Shown: one piece after another, positions 52,995-64,000 of the stretch | Layout: the number at the start of each line of letters is the position of its first letter | Numbering within the stretch: position 1 is the stretch's first letter | Source of the DNA: Clostridia bacterium | Lineage (GTDB): Bacteria; Bacillota; Clostridia; UMGS1883; UMGS1540 | DNA length: 64,000 nucleotides | Assembly (NCBI GenBank): GCA_045648645.1 | Contig: JAZROH010000116.1 | Location: forward strand, 3,014-67,013 | Reading direction: 5' to 3' | The notes under the pieces: model-generated | The model's database searches: none | Seen by the model: only the letters and a program-made list of their open reading frames with translations | Told to the model about the DNA's origin: nothing | Position numbers and translations under genes: made by a program

Positions 52995-54971
52995 ATGAAA
53001 AATAAAAATTGTTTGCCACGTTTTTATACCGGTGATGTTTATTCTAAAATAATCATTATAATTTCCATTGCTTTTGCGCTTGCATTAAGATTATTTCTTT
53101 TTGCTGGGTTTATGGCATGTGCACTATTGTTTTCATTTTTCTTTAGTGAGCTTGCTTATCACAAAGGTGTAAAACAGATGCATTCATATCTTGAATCTGC
53201 TGCTTTACATGTTGGCGCCTCTGAATCAATGCCGGGATTCCCTTTTCCTGCAGTTTCTGTTACAGATAACGGAAAAATCACCTGGTATAATAGTGCAATG
53301 GATAAACTTGTAGATGGTGAACTTCTTTTCCAAAAGGATATACGTGAATATGTGAAAGATTTTGATATTTCATCAATGGATGAAACAGGTCTTTATCCGA
53401 TATATAAAGCACTAATAAAAGGACGCAATTTCTCTGTGTATGCACATAAAACGCCACCACAAGAAGATGGGGGAGTATTAATACTTATGTACTTTCTTGA
53501 TATAAGTACATATGAAAAATTGCAAAAAAAGTATTTAGATGAGAAATTTGTTTCAATTGCTGTTTCATTTGATAATTTTGAAGAGGTTATGCAAGGAATG
53601 GAAGACGAAGCTCGAAACGCACTACAGTCTTCCGTTGACCGTAGCCTTACCACTATGACCACGGAAATAGGAGGTGTTTTAAAGAAAATCGAACGTGATC
53701 GGTATTCGATTTATATAAACGCACACGCTCTTCAAATATTAATTCAAAGAAAATTTCCTATTTTAGATACAGTTCGGGAAATTAATAATGGCAATACGAT
53801 TTCCCCTACTCTTAGCATAGGTATTGGTGTAGACGGTGATTCTTTCCTAGAGAATGATAATTTTGCGCGAACTGCATTAGATATGGCACTTGGACGCGGT
53901 GGAGATCAAGTTGTCATAAAGGATAATAACACAATGCAGTACTTTGGTGGGAAAACGCGAGAAGTTGAAAAACGAACCAAAGTTAAAGCGCGTGTTGTTG
54001 CCTACGCTCTTCGGGAACTAATTAAACAAAGCGAGAACATTATTATTCTTGGGCATAAAAATGCAGATGTTGATTGTATTGGCGCGGCTATGGGTATTGT
54101 TGCTGTGGCAAGAAGTCTTGAAATAAAAGCATACATTTTACAACACGACTATGATGATACGGCAACAGCTGTATGCAATAAAGCCGAAGAAGAACCTCAG
54201 TATAAGGGGGTATTTATTAGACGCAACATGATTGATGATTTGGTGACGCCAAAATCTCTTATACTAATTGTTGATACGAATTCACCTTCATATATGGAGG
54301 GAACTGATTTACTTGGTTCAACGGAGCAAATTGTTCTGATTGACCACCATAGACGAAGCAGTGACTTTTTAAAAAATCCTACATTAGCATATCATGAGCC
54401 GTATGCTTCTTCAACATGTGAAATGATCACTGAAATGTTACCATATTTAAATAATAAAAATATTTTGCTTAAAATAGAGGCAGAAGCGTTATATGCAGGT
54501 ATTTATCTTGATACGAAGAGTTTCACATTCAAAACCGGCGTTCGAACACTTGAGGCTGCAGCTTACCTGCGTCGAGCAGGCATAGACCCAATTACAGTTA
54601 AACAGTTTTTCAAGAGTAACCTAGAAACCTTTACCATGAAAGCCACGCTGATACAAGGAGCAAAAGTGGTAAAAAAACATATTGCTATTTCTGTAACAGA
54701 TGAGTTCAGAACACCATCTGTTGTTGCCCAAGCCGCAGATGAGCTTTTAAATATTGCTGGAATTGACACGTCTTTTGTTATTGCACGTAATGAATCCAGT
54801 TGTATTGTTAGTGGACGTTCTACAGGTAAAATTAATGTGCAGATTATCTTGGAGCAGCTAGGTGGTGGAGGACATTTTTCTGTAGCAGGTGCGCAAATAA
54901 AAGATGCTTCTCCTCATGAGGTGGAAATGCAACTTATGCATATTTTAGAAGCGTATTTAGCAGAAGTTTAG
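52995..54971 (+). CDS. gdpP: Cyclic-di-AMP phosphodiesterase GdpP (TM-PAS-degenerate GGDEF-DHH/DHHA1)
   Basis: Two N-terminal TM helices. DHH motifs (GHKNADVDCIGAAMG, LIDHHR) and DHHA1 GGGH at the C-terminus. Conserved position before rplI. Confidence 0.85.
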   Translation: MKNKNCLPRFYTGDVYSKIIIIISIAFALALRLFLFAGFMACALLFSFFFSELAYHKGVKQMHSYLESAALHVGASESMPGFPFPAVSVTDNGKITWYNSAMDKLVDGELLFQKDIREYVKDFDISSMDETGLYPIYKALIKGRNFSVYAHKTPPQEDGGVLILMYFLDISTYEKLQKKYLDEKFVSIAVSFDNFEEVMQGMEDEARNALQSSVDRSLTTMTTEIGGVLKKIERDRYSIYINAHALQILIQRKFPILDTVREINNGNTISPTLSIGIGVDGDSFLENDNFARTALDMALGRGGDQVVIKDNNTMQYFGGKTREVEKRTKVKARVVAYALRELIKQSENIIILGHKNADVDCIGAAMGIVAVARSLEIKAYILQHDYDDTATAVCNKAEEEPQYKGVFIRRNMIDDLVTPKSLILIVDTNSPSYMEGTDLLGSTEQIVLIDHHRRSSDFLKNPTLAYHEPYASSTCEMITEMLPYLNNKNILLKIEAEALYAGIYLDTKSFTFKTGVRTLEAAAYLRRAGIDPITVKQFFKSNLETFTMKATLIQGAKVVKKHIAISVTDEFRTPSVVAQAADELLNIAGIDTSFVIARNESSCIVSGRSTGKINVQIILEQLGGGGHFSVAGAQIKDASPHEVEMQLMHILEAYLAEV

Positions 54972-54986
54972 AGAGGAGTAAAGAAA

Positions 54987-55433
54987 ATGAAGGTAATTTT
55001 GTTATGTGATGTAAAAGGTAAAGGAAAAAAAGGACAGATGATAGACGTAAGTGATGGGTATGCAAGAAATTTTCTTCTGCCAAGAAATCTGGCGCAAGAA
55101 GCAACAAAATCAGCAATGAATGATTTTCAGGGTAAAGCTGATTCTGCCCGCTATCATAAGGAACAGGAAGTTGCAGCAGCAAAAGAAATGGCTAAAAATT
55201 TAGAGGGAAAAACTGTTGTTATACGTGCTAAAAGTGGTGAAAACGGCAAACTATTTGGTTCTATTACAGGGCAGGCGGTTGCCGATGCAATTAAGATGCA
55301 GCTTCATATTGTAGTGGATAAGAGAAAGATTGTTGTCGGGGATGGAATTAAAAGTATTGGCATAACGGATATCGAGATTAAAGTATATCCTGAGATTACC
55401 GCTAAAATTCAGGTGCGTGTAGAACAAGAATAG
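54987..55433 (+). CDS. rplI: 50S ribosomal protein L9
   Basis: [36 protein letters not shown] is canonical L9. Confidence 0.9.
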   Translation: MKVILLCDVKGKGKKGQMIDVSDGYARNFLLPRNLAQEATKSAMNDFQGKADSARYHKEQEVAAAKEMAKNLEGKTVVIRAKSGENGKLFGSITGQAVADAIKMQLHIVVDKRKIVVGDGIKSIGITDIEIKVYPEITAKIQVRVEQE

Positions 55434-55446
55434 AGAGGTGAATACC

Positions 55447-56769
55447 TTGGAAGAACAACTGGGGAGAAATGTACCATACAGCCTCGAGGCCGAACAAGCT
55501 GTCTTAGGCTGTATGATAAAAAACAGTTCAGCACTATCGCGTGTTATGGAACTCCAACTTCATGCGAATGACTTTTATTTTGAACAGCATAAAGTTATAT
55601 ATGATGCTGTAAGTCATTTGTTTCTGGAAAACGTTCCTCTGGATTTAATTGTTCTATCCGGGGAGCTGAAAGAAAAGTTAGATACAGTCGGTGGTGTATC
55701 TTATCTTGCAACGATTGTCGAAAGTGTTGATACAACAGAAAATGTAAAATATTACCTAGATATTATAAAAGAAAAAGCTGTTTTAAGACGTTTGATTGAT
55801 GCGGCAAATGAAATAGCAGACATGTGCTATACAGCAGAGGATGATATTTCAAAAATCCTTGATAGTGCTGAACATAAAATCTTTAGTATTTTACAGGGCC
55901 GAGATTTAAAAGGGTTTTATCATATTCGTGATGTTATGCCGGATGTTATTAAAAACATTGAAAACATTCGTGCTACAGGCGGAAAAATGGGAGGGCTTCC
56001 CACAGGCTTTAGACAATTGGACTCTATTACTTCTGGTCTTCAAAAAACAGACCTTATCATTCTTGCTGCACGCCCGGGTATTGGGAAAACAAGTTTTGCC
56101 TTAAATATAGCAGGTCATGTTGCAAAAGCAACAAAAGAACCTGTTGCGATATTTACACTTGAAATGTCGAAAGAACAACTTGCAAACCGTCTTTTATGGA
56201 GTGATGCCAAAATTGAAGGTGAAAAATTCCGTACGGGAAATATTACCGGAGAAGACATGAAAAAAATTGCACACGCTCTCGGCGGTCTTGTGAAAGCACC
56301 AATATATATAGATGACACACCTAATATTCCTGTTTCAGAAATGCGCGCAAAATGCCGCAGATTAAAACTGGAAAAAGGACTAGGGATGGTTGTTATTGAT
56401 TATTTACAGTTAATGCAAGGTGGAAAAAAATCAGAAAGTCGCCAACAAGAAGTTTCGGAAATTTCACGTTCCTTGAAAATAATGGCCAAAGAATTAGATG
56501 TTCCTGTATTGACGCTTTCACAGCTTTCTCGTGCTTCTGTCACGCGTGATCAACCAATTCTTAGTGATCTTCGTGAGTCTGGTGCTATTGAACAGGATGC
56601 TGATATTGTTATGTTTTTAAATCGAAAAACAGGCGATGAAGTTTCACCTGACGAAGCAAATTTGGCAGAATGCATAATTGCAAAACACAGAAATGGTTCA
56701 ACAGGAAAAATTGACCTTGTTTGGCGTGGGGAATATACAACATATATGGAGCCGGATATGGTTCATTAA
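55447..56769 (+). CDS. dnaB: Replicative DNA helicase (DnaB family; dnaC in B. subtilis nomenclature)
   Basis: Walker A AARPGIGKTSFALN, Walker B VVIDYLQLM and an arginine finger region. A TTG at 55447 after GAGAGGTG is the likely start; the ORF track start is 55438. Confidence 0.9.
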   Translation: MEEQLGRNVPYSLEAEQAVLGCMIKNSSALSRVMELQLHANDFYFEQHKVIYDAVSHLFLENVPLDLIVLSGELKEKLDTVGGVSYLATIVESVDTTENVKYYLDIIKEKAVLRRLIDAANEIADMCYTAEDDISKILDSAEHKIFSILQGRDLKGFYHIRDVMPDVIKNIENIRATGGKMGGLPTGFRQLDSITSGLQKTDLIILAARPGIGKTSFALNIAGHVAKATKEPVAIFTLEMSKEQLANRLLWSDAKIEGEKFRTGNITGEDMKKIAHALGGLVKAPIYIDDTPNIPVSEMRAKCRRLKLEKGLGMVVIDYLQLMQGGKKSESRQQEVSEISRSLKIMAKELDVPVLTLSQLSRASVTRDQPILSDLRESGAIEQDADIVMFLNRKTGDEVSPDEANLAECIIAKHRNGSTGKIDLVWRGEYTTYMEPDMVH

Positions 56770-56781
56770 TGGGGGTTTCAT

Positions 56782-58056
56782 TTGCTGTTCGCATCCTTTA
56801 TTTCAAAAATTGAAACTGAAAACTTAGTTAAAGCAGGGGATTGGGTTGTAGCCGCGGTATCCGGTGGTGCAGACTCTATATGTTTATTACATCTCCTACA
56901 TCGTCTTCGTACGCAAAAACATTTTCGACTTTCTTGTGCACATGTAAATCACGGACTCCGAAAAGAAGCTGCAGATGATGCAAGATTCGTTGAACAGCTT
57001 TGCCGATTATGGGACATACCTTTTTTTCTACATGAAACCGATATTACAAAAGAAGCAAAATTGAGAAAAATTTCTGTAGAATTGGCTGGACGCGAAGTTC
57101 GATATGAATTTTTAAAAAATTTTAATGCAGACGTCATTATGACAGCACATAATAAAAACGATGTGGCTGAAACTGTTCTATTACACCTCATTCGTGGATG
57201 TGGACTTGATGGCCTTTGTGGTATTCCTTCCAAAAGAGAGGATGGCATTTGTCGCCCGCTTTTGAATTTTTCAAGAGAGCAAATCGAGGGATATCTCCTG
57301 TCACATAATCTATCTTGGCGCGAAGATGCCACAAATATGGAAACAGTGTACACCAGAAATAAAATAAGAAACAATATATTGCCGATAATTGAAGAAATAA
57401 ACCCGTCTTTTATCGATGCTATAACTAGAATGACAGATATACTGTCGGAAGAAAATAAGTTTTTACATGAACTCACGAAGAAAAATAGAACATTTCATCA
57501 AGAAAATGGAATAATTATTCTTAGCATAAATGAATTAGAACAAATGCCCTTAGCTTTAAGGCGACGAATGGTTTTACATGCAGTTGAAAATTTTGCAGAA
57601 ACAAATGGTATTTTAAGCCTTATCAACAAAAAAACCGGAAGCGTTTTTAAACTAAGCGGAGGTAAAATTGCAGAAAAAGAATACGATAAAATTATAATTC
57701 ATACACCTAAAGAGAAGATAATTACACCTATAAAACTTCCAACCAATGGCGAAGTTATTTTTGGAAATTATAGAATCACCGTTGGTGAAACTGGTTTAGC
57801 ACTTCCCAAAATGGACTATATTGTAAGAACACGAATGAATGGGGATGTATTTTCCCCGGAGGGAATGGATGGGCGAAAAAAAATCAAAGATTATTTCATT
57901 GAGAAAAAAATCCCACGCCGCTTTCGAGAACAAATCCCAATTATAACACATAAAAATGAAATTGCTGCGGTTGGAAATTTACGTCGAAGTCGTAATTTTG
58001 TTCCTAAAAACGAAGATGTACTATATATTAAAATTGAACGAATAAAACACGTGTAA
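56782..58056 (+). CDS. tilS: tRNA(Ile)-lysidine synthetase
   Basis: PP-loop VVAAVSGGADSICLLHLL; the tilS-hpt-ftsH order is conserved in Firmicutes. Confidence 0.85.
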   Translation: MLFASFISKIETENLVKAGDWVVAAVSGGADSICLLHLLHRLRTQKHFRLSCAHVNHGLRKEAADDARFVEQLCRLWDIPFFLHETDITKEAKLRKISVELAGREVRYEFLKNFNADVIMTAHNKNDVAETVLLHLIRGCGLDGLCGIPSKREDGICRPLLNFSREQIEGYLLSHNLSWREDATNMETVYTRNKIRNNILPIIEEINPSFIDAITRMTDILSEENKFLHELTKKNRTFHQENGIIILSINELEQMPLALRRRMVLHAVENFAETNGILSLINKKTGSVFKLSGGKIAEKEYDKIIIHTPKEKIITPIKLPTNGEVIFGNYRITVGETGLALPKMDYIVRTRMNGDVFSPEGMDGRKKIKDYFIEKKIPRRFREQIPIITHKNEIAAVGNLRRSRNFVPKNEDVLYIKIERIKHV

Positions 58057-58080
58057 GAATAAAGAAAGAAGGATATACTT

Positions 58081-58623
58081 ATGATGCAGGTGATAGAAAA
58101 GGTACTTATTTCTGAAGAAGAATTAAAAACAAAAGTGCAGGAACTTGCAAATACAATTTCTGCAGATTACGAAGGAAAAGATTTACTTTTGGTTTCTGTT
58201 TTAAAAGGTGGGTTCGTTTTTGCAGCCGATTTATTCCGTAATCTAACAATTCCTGCCTCTGTTGATTTTATGGCTGTATCAAGCTATGGGGCTTCCAGTA
58301 AATCGAGCGGTGTTGTTAAAATATTAAAGGATTTAGATTTTTCTGTTGAAGGAAAAGATATTTTAATTGTGGAAGATATACTAGACAGTGGAATTACACT
58401 TAATTATTTAAAAGATTTATTCATTCGACGTGGGGTAAACAGTTTGAAAATTTGCACAATTTTAAACAAACCGGATCGCAGAAAAGCACCGATTTACGCA
58501 GATTATGTTGGATTTGATATACCGGATGAATTTGTTGTAGGATACGGACTAGATTATGCGGAAAAATATCGAAATTTGCCTTTTGTAGGTATTTTAAAAC
58601 GTGAAGTGTATGAAAATAATTGA
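58081..58623 (+). CDS. hpt: Hypoxanthine-guanine phosphoribosyltransferase
   Basis: PRPP-binding motif [14 protein letters not shown] and N-terminal [12 protein letters not shown]. Confidence 0.9.
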   Translation: MMQVIEKVLISEEELKTKVQELANTISADYEGKDLLLVSVLKGGFVFAADLFRNLTIPASVDFMAVSSYGASSKSSGVVKILKDLDFSVEGKDILIVEDILDSGITLNYLKDLFIRRGVNSLKICTILNKPDRRKAPIYADYVGFDIPDEFVVGYGLDYAEKYRNLPFVGILKREVYENN

Positions 58624-58708
58624 TTTTAATGTTTTTTATATACACCCTTGCATTATTTTGTAGAGCGTGATAAAATAAAATGACTATCAAGATTAAGGAG
58701 ATGCATAT

Positions 58709-60547
58709 ATGCCTAAAGCATTAAAAAGTATAAGTTTTTATATCGTCTTAATTGTTGCAGTATTGCTACTATGGAATTTTCTGGATGCAGATATAACTGA
58801 AAATCATAGTTTTTCTGAATTAGTGAACTGGATACAGGAAGGAAAAATCGAGAGAATTATCGTTGAAGAACAGCAAGTGATTGCAACTATGCGTGAAGAT
58901 AACCGCGATGTTATTGTTCCAGTTGTTTCACCAAATGATTTAACTTTATATGCAGGGGATACCATTAAAGAACAAATTAATAATAATTCCCTACGCGTAG
59001 AATATGCGCCTCCTGAACCCATGCCATTTTGGCTTTCCATTTTACCTACGCTACTTATTGTTGTAGTTGTAGCTGTATTTTGGTTTATTATGATGCAACA
59101 ATCCCAAGGGGGGGGCGGAGGCAGAATATCGTCTTTTGGTAAAAGCCGTGCACGCAAAATGTCGGACAACGCAACTAAGAAAACTTTTGCCGATGTTGCA
59201 GGTGCAGAAGAAGAAAAGCATGAGCTAAAAGAAATTGTTGACTTTTTAAAGGCGCCAAAGCGCTTTTTAGAGCTCGGTGCACGTATCCCCAAAGGTGTAC
59301 TCCTTGTTGGCCCTCCTGGAACCGGTAAAACTCTTCTTGCAAAAGCTGTTGCAGGGGAAGCTGGGGTTGCTTTTTTCAGCATAAGTGGTAGTGATTTTGT
59401 TGAAATGTTTGTTGGTGTTGGTGCATCCCGTGTACGTGACCTTTTTGCTGAAGCGAAAAAAAATCTTCCCTGTATTATTTTTATTGATGAAATTGATGCT
59501 GTTGGACGGCATAGAGGCGCAGGACTTGGCGGCGGACATGATGAAAGAGAGCAAACCTTAAATCAATTGCTTGTTGAAATGGATGGTTTTGGAGCAAATG
59601 AGGGCATTATCATCATTGCTGCCACTAACAGACCCGATATATTGGATCCGGCGTTACTTCGTCCTGGTCGATTTGACAGACAAGTAGTTGTAGATATTCC
59701 GGATGCAGGAGAAAGAGAAGCAATTTTAAAAGTACATGCAAAGGGCAAACCATTTGCTGATGATGTGAATTTGAGAGATATTGCTAAAGGTACAACTGGC
59801 TTTACCGGTGCTGACCTTGAAAACTTATTGAATGAAAGCGCGATTTTGGCTGCAAGAGGGGCGCAAAATAAAATTTCAAAAGCAAACATGGATGAAGCCT
59901 TAATCAAAGTAATTGCAGGCCCAGAAAAAGCCAACCGCATTCGAAATGAAAAGGCAAAAAGACTTACTGCTTTTCACGAAGCGGGTCATGCATTGATTGC
60001 AAAACTTTTGCCGTCACAAGATCCGGTACATCAAATTTCAATTATTCCGCGTGGTAGAGCGGGAGGATATACCATGTCTTTACCTAAGGAAGATAAGCTT
60101 TTTGAATCCCGTCAGGATATGTTAGAGGATATAATTTCTCTTCTTGGGGGACGTGTGGCTGAAAAGCTAGAACTGGATGATATTAGCACAGGAGCGTCCA
60201 ATGACATGCAACGTGCTACGGCGATTGCGCGGGATATGGTGACGAAATATGGTATGAGCGAAAAACTTGGACCCATGACTTTTGGTTCGCAGCATGATGA
60301 AGTTTTCATCGGACGGGATTATGCACAGCAAGCGAAAAATTATTCAGAAAAAACTGCATCTGATATTGATGCTGAAATTTCTGCAATTATTCAAAATTGT
60401 TACCAAAAGTGCGAAATGCTTTTGAAAGAAAACAGAGATAAGTTACGCCTGATTGCGAATACACTTCTTGAAAAAGAAAAAATTGACGGCGATGAATTTG
60501 AACAACTTTTTTCTGGTGTAGAAGAAATAGAAAACACCAAAGAATAG
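58709..60547 (+). CDS. ftsH: ATP-dependent zinc metalloprotease FtsH
   Basis: AAA+ Walker [17 protein letters not shown], and zinc motif HEAGHAL. Confidence 0.95.
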   Translation: MPKALKSISFYIVLIVAVLLLWNFLDADITENHSFSELVNWIQEGKIERIIVEEQQVIATMREDNRDVIVPVVSPNDLTLYAGDTIKEQINNNSLRVEYAPPEPMPFWLSILPTLLIVVVVAVFWFIMMQQSQGGGGGRISSFGKSRARKMSDNATKKTFADVAGAEEEKHELKEIVDFLKAPKRFLELGARIPKGVLLVGPPGTGKTLLAKAVAGEAGVAFFSISGSDFVEMFVGVGASRVRDLFAEAKKNLPCIIFIDEIDAVGRHRGAGLGGGHDEREQTLNQLLVEMDGFGANEGIIIIAATNRPDILDPALLRPGRFDRQVVVDIPDAGEREAILKVHAKGKPFADDVNLRDIAKGTTGFTGADLENLLNESAILAARGAQNKISKANMDEALIKVIAGPEKANRIRNEKAKRLTAFHEAGHALIAKLLPSQDPVHQISIIPRGRAGGYTMSLPKEDKLFESRQDMLEDIISLLGGRVAEKLELDDISTGASNDMQRATAIARDMVTKYGMSEKLGPMTFGSQHDEVFIGRDYAQQAKNYSEKTASDIDAEISAIIQNCYQKCEMLLKENRDKLRLIANTLLEKEKIDGDEFEQLFSGVEEIENTKE

Positions 60548-60559
60548 GAAGGAGAAACT

Positions 60560-61939
60560 ATGGAGAATTCATTATCCTATAAACGCCAATGTGTCTGGCT
60601 GGATAAATCTGTAGATAAAAATGCAATTTTTGATTTTTGTGATGATTATAAAACTTTTTTAAATTGCGCTAGAACAGAACGGGAATTTGTTGTACAGGCT
60701 GAAAAAGCAGCTATAAAAAATGGTTTTGTTTCCTTAAAAGAAAAAGCATCTTTGAATCCGGGTGATCGTGTTTATCTTATAAATCGCGGCAAAGGGATTA
60801 TTTTTGCTGTAATTGGAAGTGCACCAATTGAAGAGGGCGTTAATATTGTTGGTGCACATATTGACTCTCCGCGTCTTGACTTAAAACAAAACCCGTTATA
60901 TGAAGACGGGGAAATGGCATTTTTAAAAACTCATTATTATGGCGGACTAAGAAAGTATCAATGGCTTGCAACTCCTCTTGCCATGCACGGAACCGTTATT
61001 CTTACTGATGGGAAAAGTATTGATATTTCTTTGGGTGATGAAGACGATGATTTTACTTTTACCATAAGTGACCTTCTTCCGCATCTTGCAAAAGAACAGG
61101 GCGGCAAGCCGCTTCGCGATGCCTTTGATGGTGAAAATTTAAATATTATTGTGGGAAGCATTCCGGTAGAGGATGAAGAGTGTAAAAAGCCGATAAAAGA
61201 AACTATTTTACAATATTTGCATAAAAAATACGGAATGATAGAAGAAGACTTTCTTAGTGCTGAAATTGAAATGATTCCTGCAATTCGTGTTCGTGATGTT
61301 GGCTTAGATAGAAGCATGATTGGTGGTCCTGCACAGGATGATCGTGTTTGCGCTTATACTGCGATGCAGGCAATTTTTGAAGCAAGCGTGCCAAAACGAA
61401 CTGCGATTTGTCTTCTTGTAGATAAAGAAGAGATTGGGAGCATGGGGAATACGGGTATGCAGTCCAGATTTTTTGAAAACACCCTTGCTGAAATTTGCTA
61501 TATGCTTGGAAAAAACGAAAATATTTCTGTTCGAAGATGTTTGTCCGCATCCAAATGTTTATCCGCAGATGTAAACGCTGCTTTCGACCCGAATTATGCA
61601 AGTGTATATGAAAAAAATAACGCAGCGCATCTTGGGCATGGTGTAACAATTAGCAAATATACAGGACATGGCGGAAAATCGGAGTCCAGTGATGCTTCGG
61701 CAGAATTCATGGGTGAAATCCGTCGTTTGTTTAATGCAAACGGAGTTATATGGCAAACGGCAGAACTTGGGAAAGTAGGTGCAGGCGGTGGTGGAACCAT
61801 TGCACAATATGTTGCAAATCTGGATGTCGACACAATAGATTGCGGCACGGCTCTTTTATCTATGCACGCACCTTTTGAAATATCCAGTAAAGCTGATGTT
61901 TATATGACCTATAAGGCATATAAGTGTTTTTTAGCTTAA
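60560..61939 (+). CDS. M18-family aminopeptidase
   Basis: GAHIDSPRLDLKQNP (M18 HTDSPxLxxKP-like motif); ~460 aa. Confidence 0.7.
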   Translation: MENSLSYKRQCVWLDKSVDKNAIFDFCDDYKTFLNCARTEREFVVQAEKAAIKNGFVSLKEKASLNPGDRVYLINRGKGIIFAVIGSAPIEEGVNIVGAHIDSPRLDLKQNPLYEDGEMAFLKTHYYGGLRKYQWLATPLAMHGTVILTDGKSIDISLGDEDDDFTFTISDLLPHLAKEQGGKPLRDAFDGENLNIIVGSIPVEDEECKKPIKETILQYLHKKYGMIEEDFLSAEIEMIPAIRVRDVGLDRSMIGGPAQDDRVCAYTAMQAIFEASVPKRTAICLLVDKEEIGSMGNTGMQSRFFENTLAEICYMLGKNENISVRRCLSASKCLSADVNAAFDPNYASVYEKNNAAHLGHGVTISKYTGHGGKSESSDASAEFMGEIRRLFNANGVIWQTAELGKVGAGGGGTIAQYVANLDVDTIDCGTALLSMHAPFEISSKADVYMTYKAYKCFLA

Positions 61940-61952
61940 TTGAGGTAATGAA

Positions 61953-62660
61953 ATGTTTGAACTCAAACGACAAATTTCTTATAGCCAGCTTTCACCGGAC
62001 AAAACTGTAAGCCCTACCGAATATCTTCGAATTTTTCAGGATGCAGCAGTAGCACACACAAATGCTTGCGGATATTCTCTGGAAAAGCTTTCTGATTTAA
62101 ATCGCGCATGGATTTTGTTGTCAACGCATCTTAAACTTGAAAACCCTCTTTATCTTGATGAAGAGATTATAATCAAAACATGGACGTATGATTTTACAAG
62201 GGTAAGTGGACCGCGTGCTTTTATTGTTGAAAGTGCAAAAAGTGGAATGGTATATGCCAGTGCCGTGGCTATGTGGGCTTTTGTGGACACAGAAACAGGA
62301 CGACCCAAAGAAATCCCGAAGGATATGCTTGAAAAATTTGGAAACGGCAAATCATTGTTGCTTCCATACATACGACGTGCACCTAAGTTTGATACCGAAA
62401 TCCATATTGGAGATTTTAATGTACTTAAAAGAGATTTGGATTCAAATGGGCACATGAATAATGTACGGTATGTAGAGTATGCTATGGAGGCAGTACCTTT
62501 AGATGCTGAAATTTCCGAGCTTGAAGTTTTTTACAAACATTCCACATTTTATCAGGATAAGATTTCCTTGCACAGTAAACAAGACGAGAGAACAATTTTT
62601 AATGAATTTAAAACTAAAGATGGTGAAACCTGTACGTATATTCGTTTTATTTTAAAATAG
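61953..62660 (+). CDS. Acyl-ACP thioesterase
   Basis: Two hot-dog halves; NGHMNNVRYVEYAMEAVP matches the catalytic NxHxNN region of FatA/B-like bacterial thioesterases. Confidence 0.7.
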   Translation: MFELKRQISYSQLSPDKTVSPTEYLRIFQDAAVAHTNACGYSLEKLSDLNRAWILLSTHLKLENPLYLDEEIIIKTWTYDFTRVSGPRAFIVESAKSGMVYASAVAMWAFVDTETGRPKEIPKDMLEKFGNGKSLLLPYIRRAPKFDTEIHIGDFNVLKRDLDSNGHMNNVRYVEYAMEAVPLDAEISELEVFYKHSTFYQDKISLHSKQDERTIFNEFKTKDGETCTYIRFILK

Positions 62661-62678
62661 AAACTTGGTAGATAACAT

Positions 62679-63173
62679 ATGAAGATTTTGGGAATTGACC
62701 CTGGCTATGCAATTGTAGGCTTTGGCGTAATTTCGCATGAAAACGGAAGATTTAGACCTTTAGATTGCGGTGTACTCACAACGCCGCAGGACATGCCCTT
62801 TCCTAAGCGATTAAAAAGACTATATGATGCCGCTACTTTATTGATTGAAGAAAAAAAACCTGATGTAGTAGCTATTGAAACACTGTTTTTTAATACAAAT
62901 GTAACGACGGCAATTGCTGTTGGTCATGCTCGTGGCGTGTTAATATTGGCTGCAGAAAATGCTGGAATACCTGTTTTTGAATATACACCCCTACAAATTA
63001 AACAAGCAATAACAGGGTATGGTCGTGCAGATAAAACGCAAATGCAACAAATGGTTAAAATGCTTCTTGGGCTTGCGATTGTTCCTAAGCCTGATGATGC
63101 GGCAGATGCACTTGCGGTTGCAATTTGTCACGGTCAGTCCTATAAATTGAACCAAAAATTAGGTGAAAAATAA
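62679..63173 (+). CDS. ruvC: Crossover junction endodeoxyribonuclease RuvC
   Basis: MKILGIDPGYAIVGFGVI catalytic Asp N-terminus; 164 aa. Confidence 0.9.
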   Translation: MKILGIDPGYAIVGFGVISHENGRFRPLDCGVLTTPQDMPFPKRLKRLYDAATLLIEEKKPDVVAIETLFFNTNVTTAIAVGHARGVLILAAENAGIPVFEYTPLQIKQAITGYGRADKTQMQQMVKMLLGLAIVPKPDDAADALAVAICHGQSYKLNQKLGEK

Positions 63174-63754
63174 TGTTTTATTATCTTAAAGGAATAGCGA
63201 CACATAAAGGTGAAAATTTTTTAGTTTTAGATATTTCAGGAGTGGGATTTAAAGTTTTTACATCGAATACAACACTCTCCGATGTCACGCTTAAAACAGA
63301 ATGTACCGTTTATACATATATATATGTGCGAGAAGATGCCCTCGAAATATTTGGATTTTTAACTGCGGATGAATTAACTTTCTTTCAAAAATTAATTTCT
63401 ATTTCGGGTGTAGGGCCACGACTTGCATTGGCAATATTATCTACATTTCCTTCTACAGAACTTGTTCTGGCGGTTCTTACAAGTGATGTAAAAAAACTTT
63501 CTAAAGCTCCCGGTGTAGGGCCTAAGCTTGCGCAGCGTATTATTTTAGAACTCAAAGATAAAATGAAAGCTGAAGAGGTGGAGGAGGCGGCACTCAACCA
63601 AAATACGCTTCCATCAGGTGCGTCTGAAGCTTTAAGCGCACTTTTAGTACTTGGTTACGGAGAAGCCGAAGCACGACATGCTATATCTATAGTCGGGGAA
63701 GGTTTTAGTCTGGAAGATACAATTAAGAAAGCACTTATAGTTTTGTCAAGATAG
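63173..63754 (+). CDS. ruvA: Holliday junction DNA helicase RuvA
   Basis: OB domain, two HhH motifs ([35 protein letters not shown]) and a C-terminal RuvB-binding domain. Confidence 0.9.
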   Translation: MFYYLKGIATHKGENFLVLDISGVGFKVFTSNTTLSDVTLKTECTVYTYIYVREDALEIFGFLTADELTFFQKLISISGVGPRLALAILSTFPSTELVLAVLTSDVKKLSKAPGVGPKLAQRIILELKDKMKAEEVEEAALNQNTLPSGASEALSALLVLGYGEAEARHAISIVGEGFSLEDTIKKALIVLSR

Positions 63755-63765
63755 GGGATTAAGTA

Positions 63766-64000
63766 TGGATTTTGAGGAAAATAGAATTATAACATCCATG
63801 CAGCTTGAACAGGAAAATGATATAGAAGTAGCGCTAAGGCCAAGGCGCTTAGAAGAATATGTTGGTCAGGGGAAACTCAAAGAAAATCTTTCTGTATTCA
63901 TTGAAGCTGCAAGACTTCGCAGAGATGCGCTTGACCATTGTTTATTATACGGTCCTCCCGGACTTGGGAAAACAACGCTTGCGGGCATTATTGCAAATGA
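63766..64000 (+). CDS. ruvB: Holliday junction DNA helicase RuvB (5' fragment, runs off window)
   Basis: [19 protein letters not shown] ... [22 protein letters not shown]+ N-terminus; truncated by the window end. Confidence 0.9.

Overview
This 64 kb window reads as chromosomal DNA from a low-to-moderate-GC Firmicutes (Clostridia-like) genome. Almost all of it is densely packed housekeeping genes in recognisable syntenic blocks. On the plus strand: miaB, then addB-addA. Then pyrH-frr-uppS-cdsA-dxr-rseP, nusB-xseA-xseB-ispA, a flavodoxin-like gene and dgt-dnaG-sigA-trmK-nagA. Then a Na/Pi transporter, VanW, the infC-rpmI-rplT operon with its L20 leader, hslO, nif3 and gdhA. A minus-strand block then runs mltG ... 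tmk-like-thyX-tagA-mtaB. After a tRNA-fMet come dprA, a MazG-like gene with yybS-gdpP-rplI-dnaB, tilS-hpt-ftsH, an M18 aminopeptidase, an acyl-ACP thioesterase and ruvC-ruvA-ruvB. The stretch at 43.9-50.4 kb does not fit this pattern. It is one GC-richer, 2063-codon ORF with no ATG start or ribosome-binding site. It carries a zincin HEMIH motif and a duplicated ~105 nt module. It runs 22 nt into the 3' end of a minus-strand initiator tRNA-Met gene that has its own consensus promoter. I read it as an island-like remnant of a conjugative-element or phage polyvalent protein, or an uncharacterised multidomain effector. It is the main candidate for novelty. Smaller observations are listed in findings: an L20-type attenuator upstream of infC, a Tmk-like protein with a deviant P-loop beside thyX, an orphan HutP-like protein, a perfect 15-bp palindrome and several PT-rich low-complexity surface proteins. 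I saw no CRISPR array and no rRNA gene, and the only tRNA I could support is the tRNA-fMet at 50337-50413. All calls rest on motif recognition in the supplied translations and on reading the sequence directly; no database search was run.
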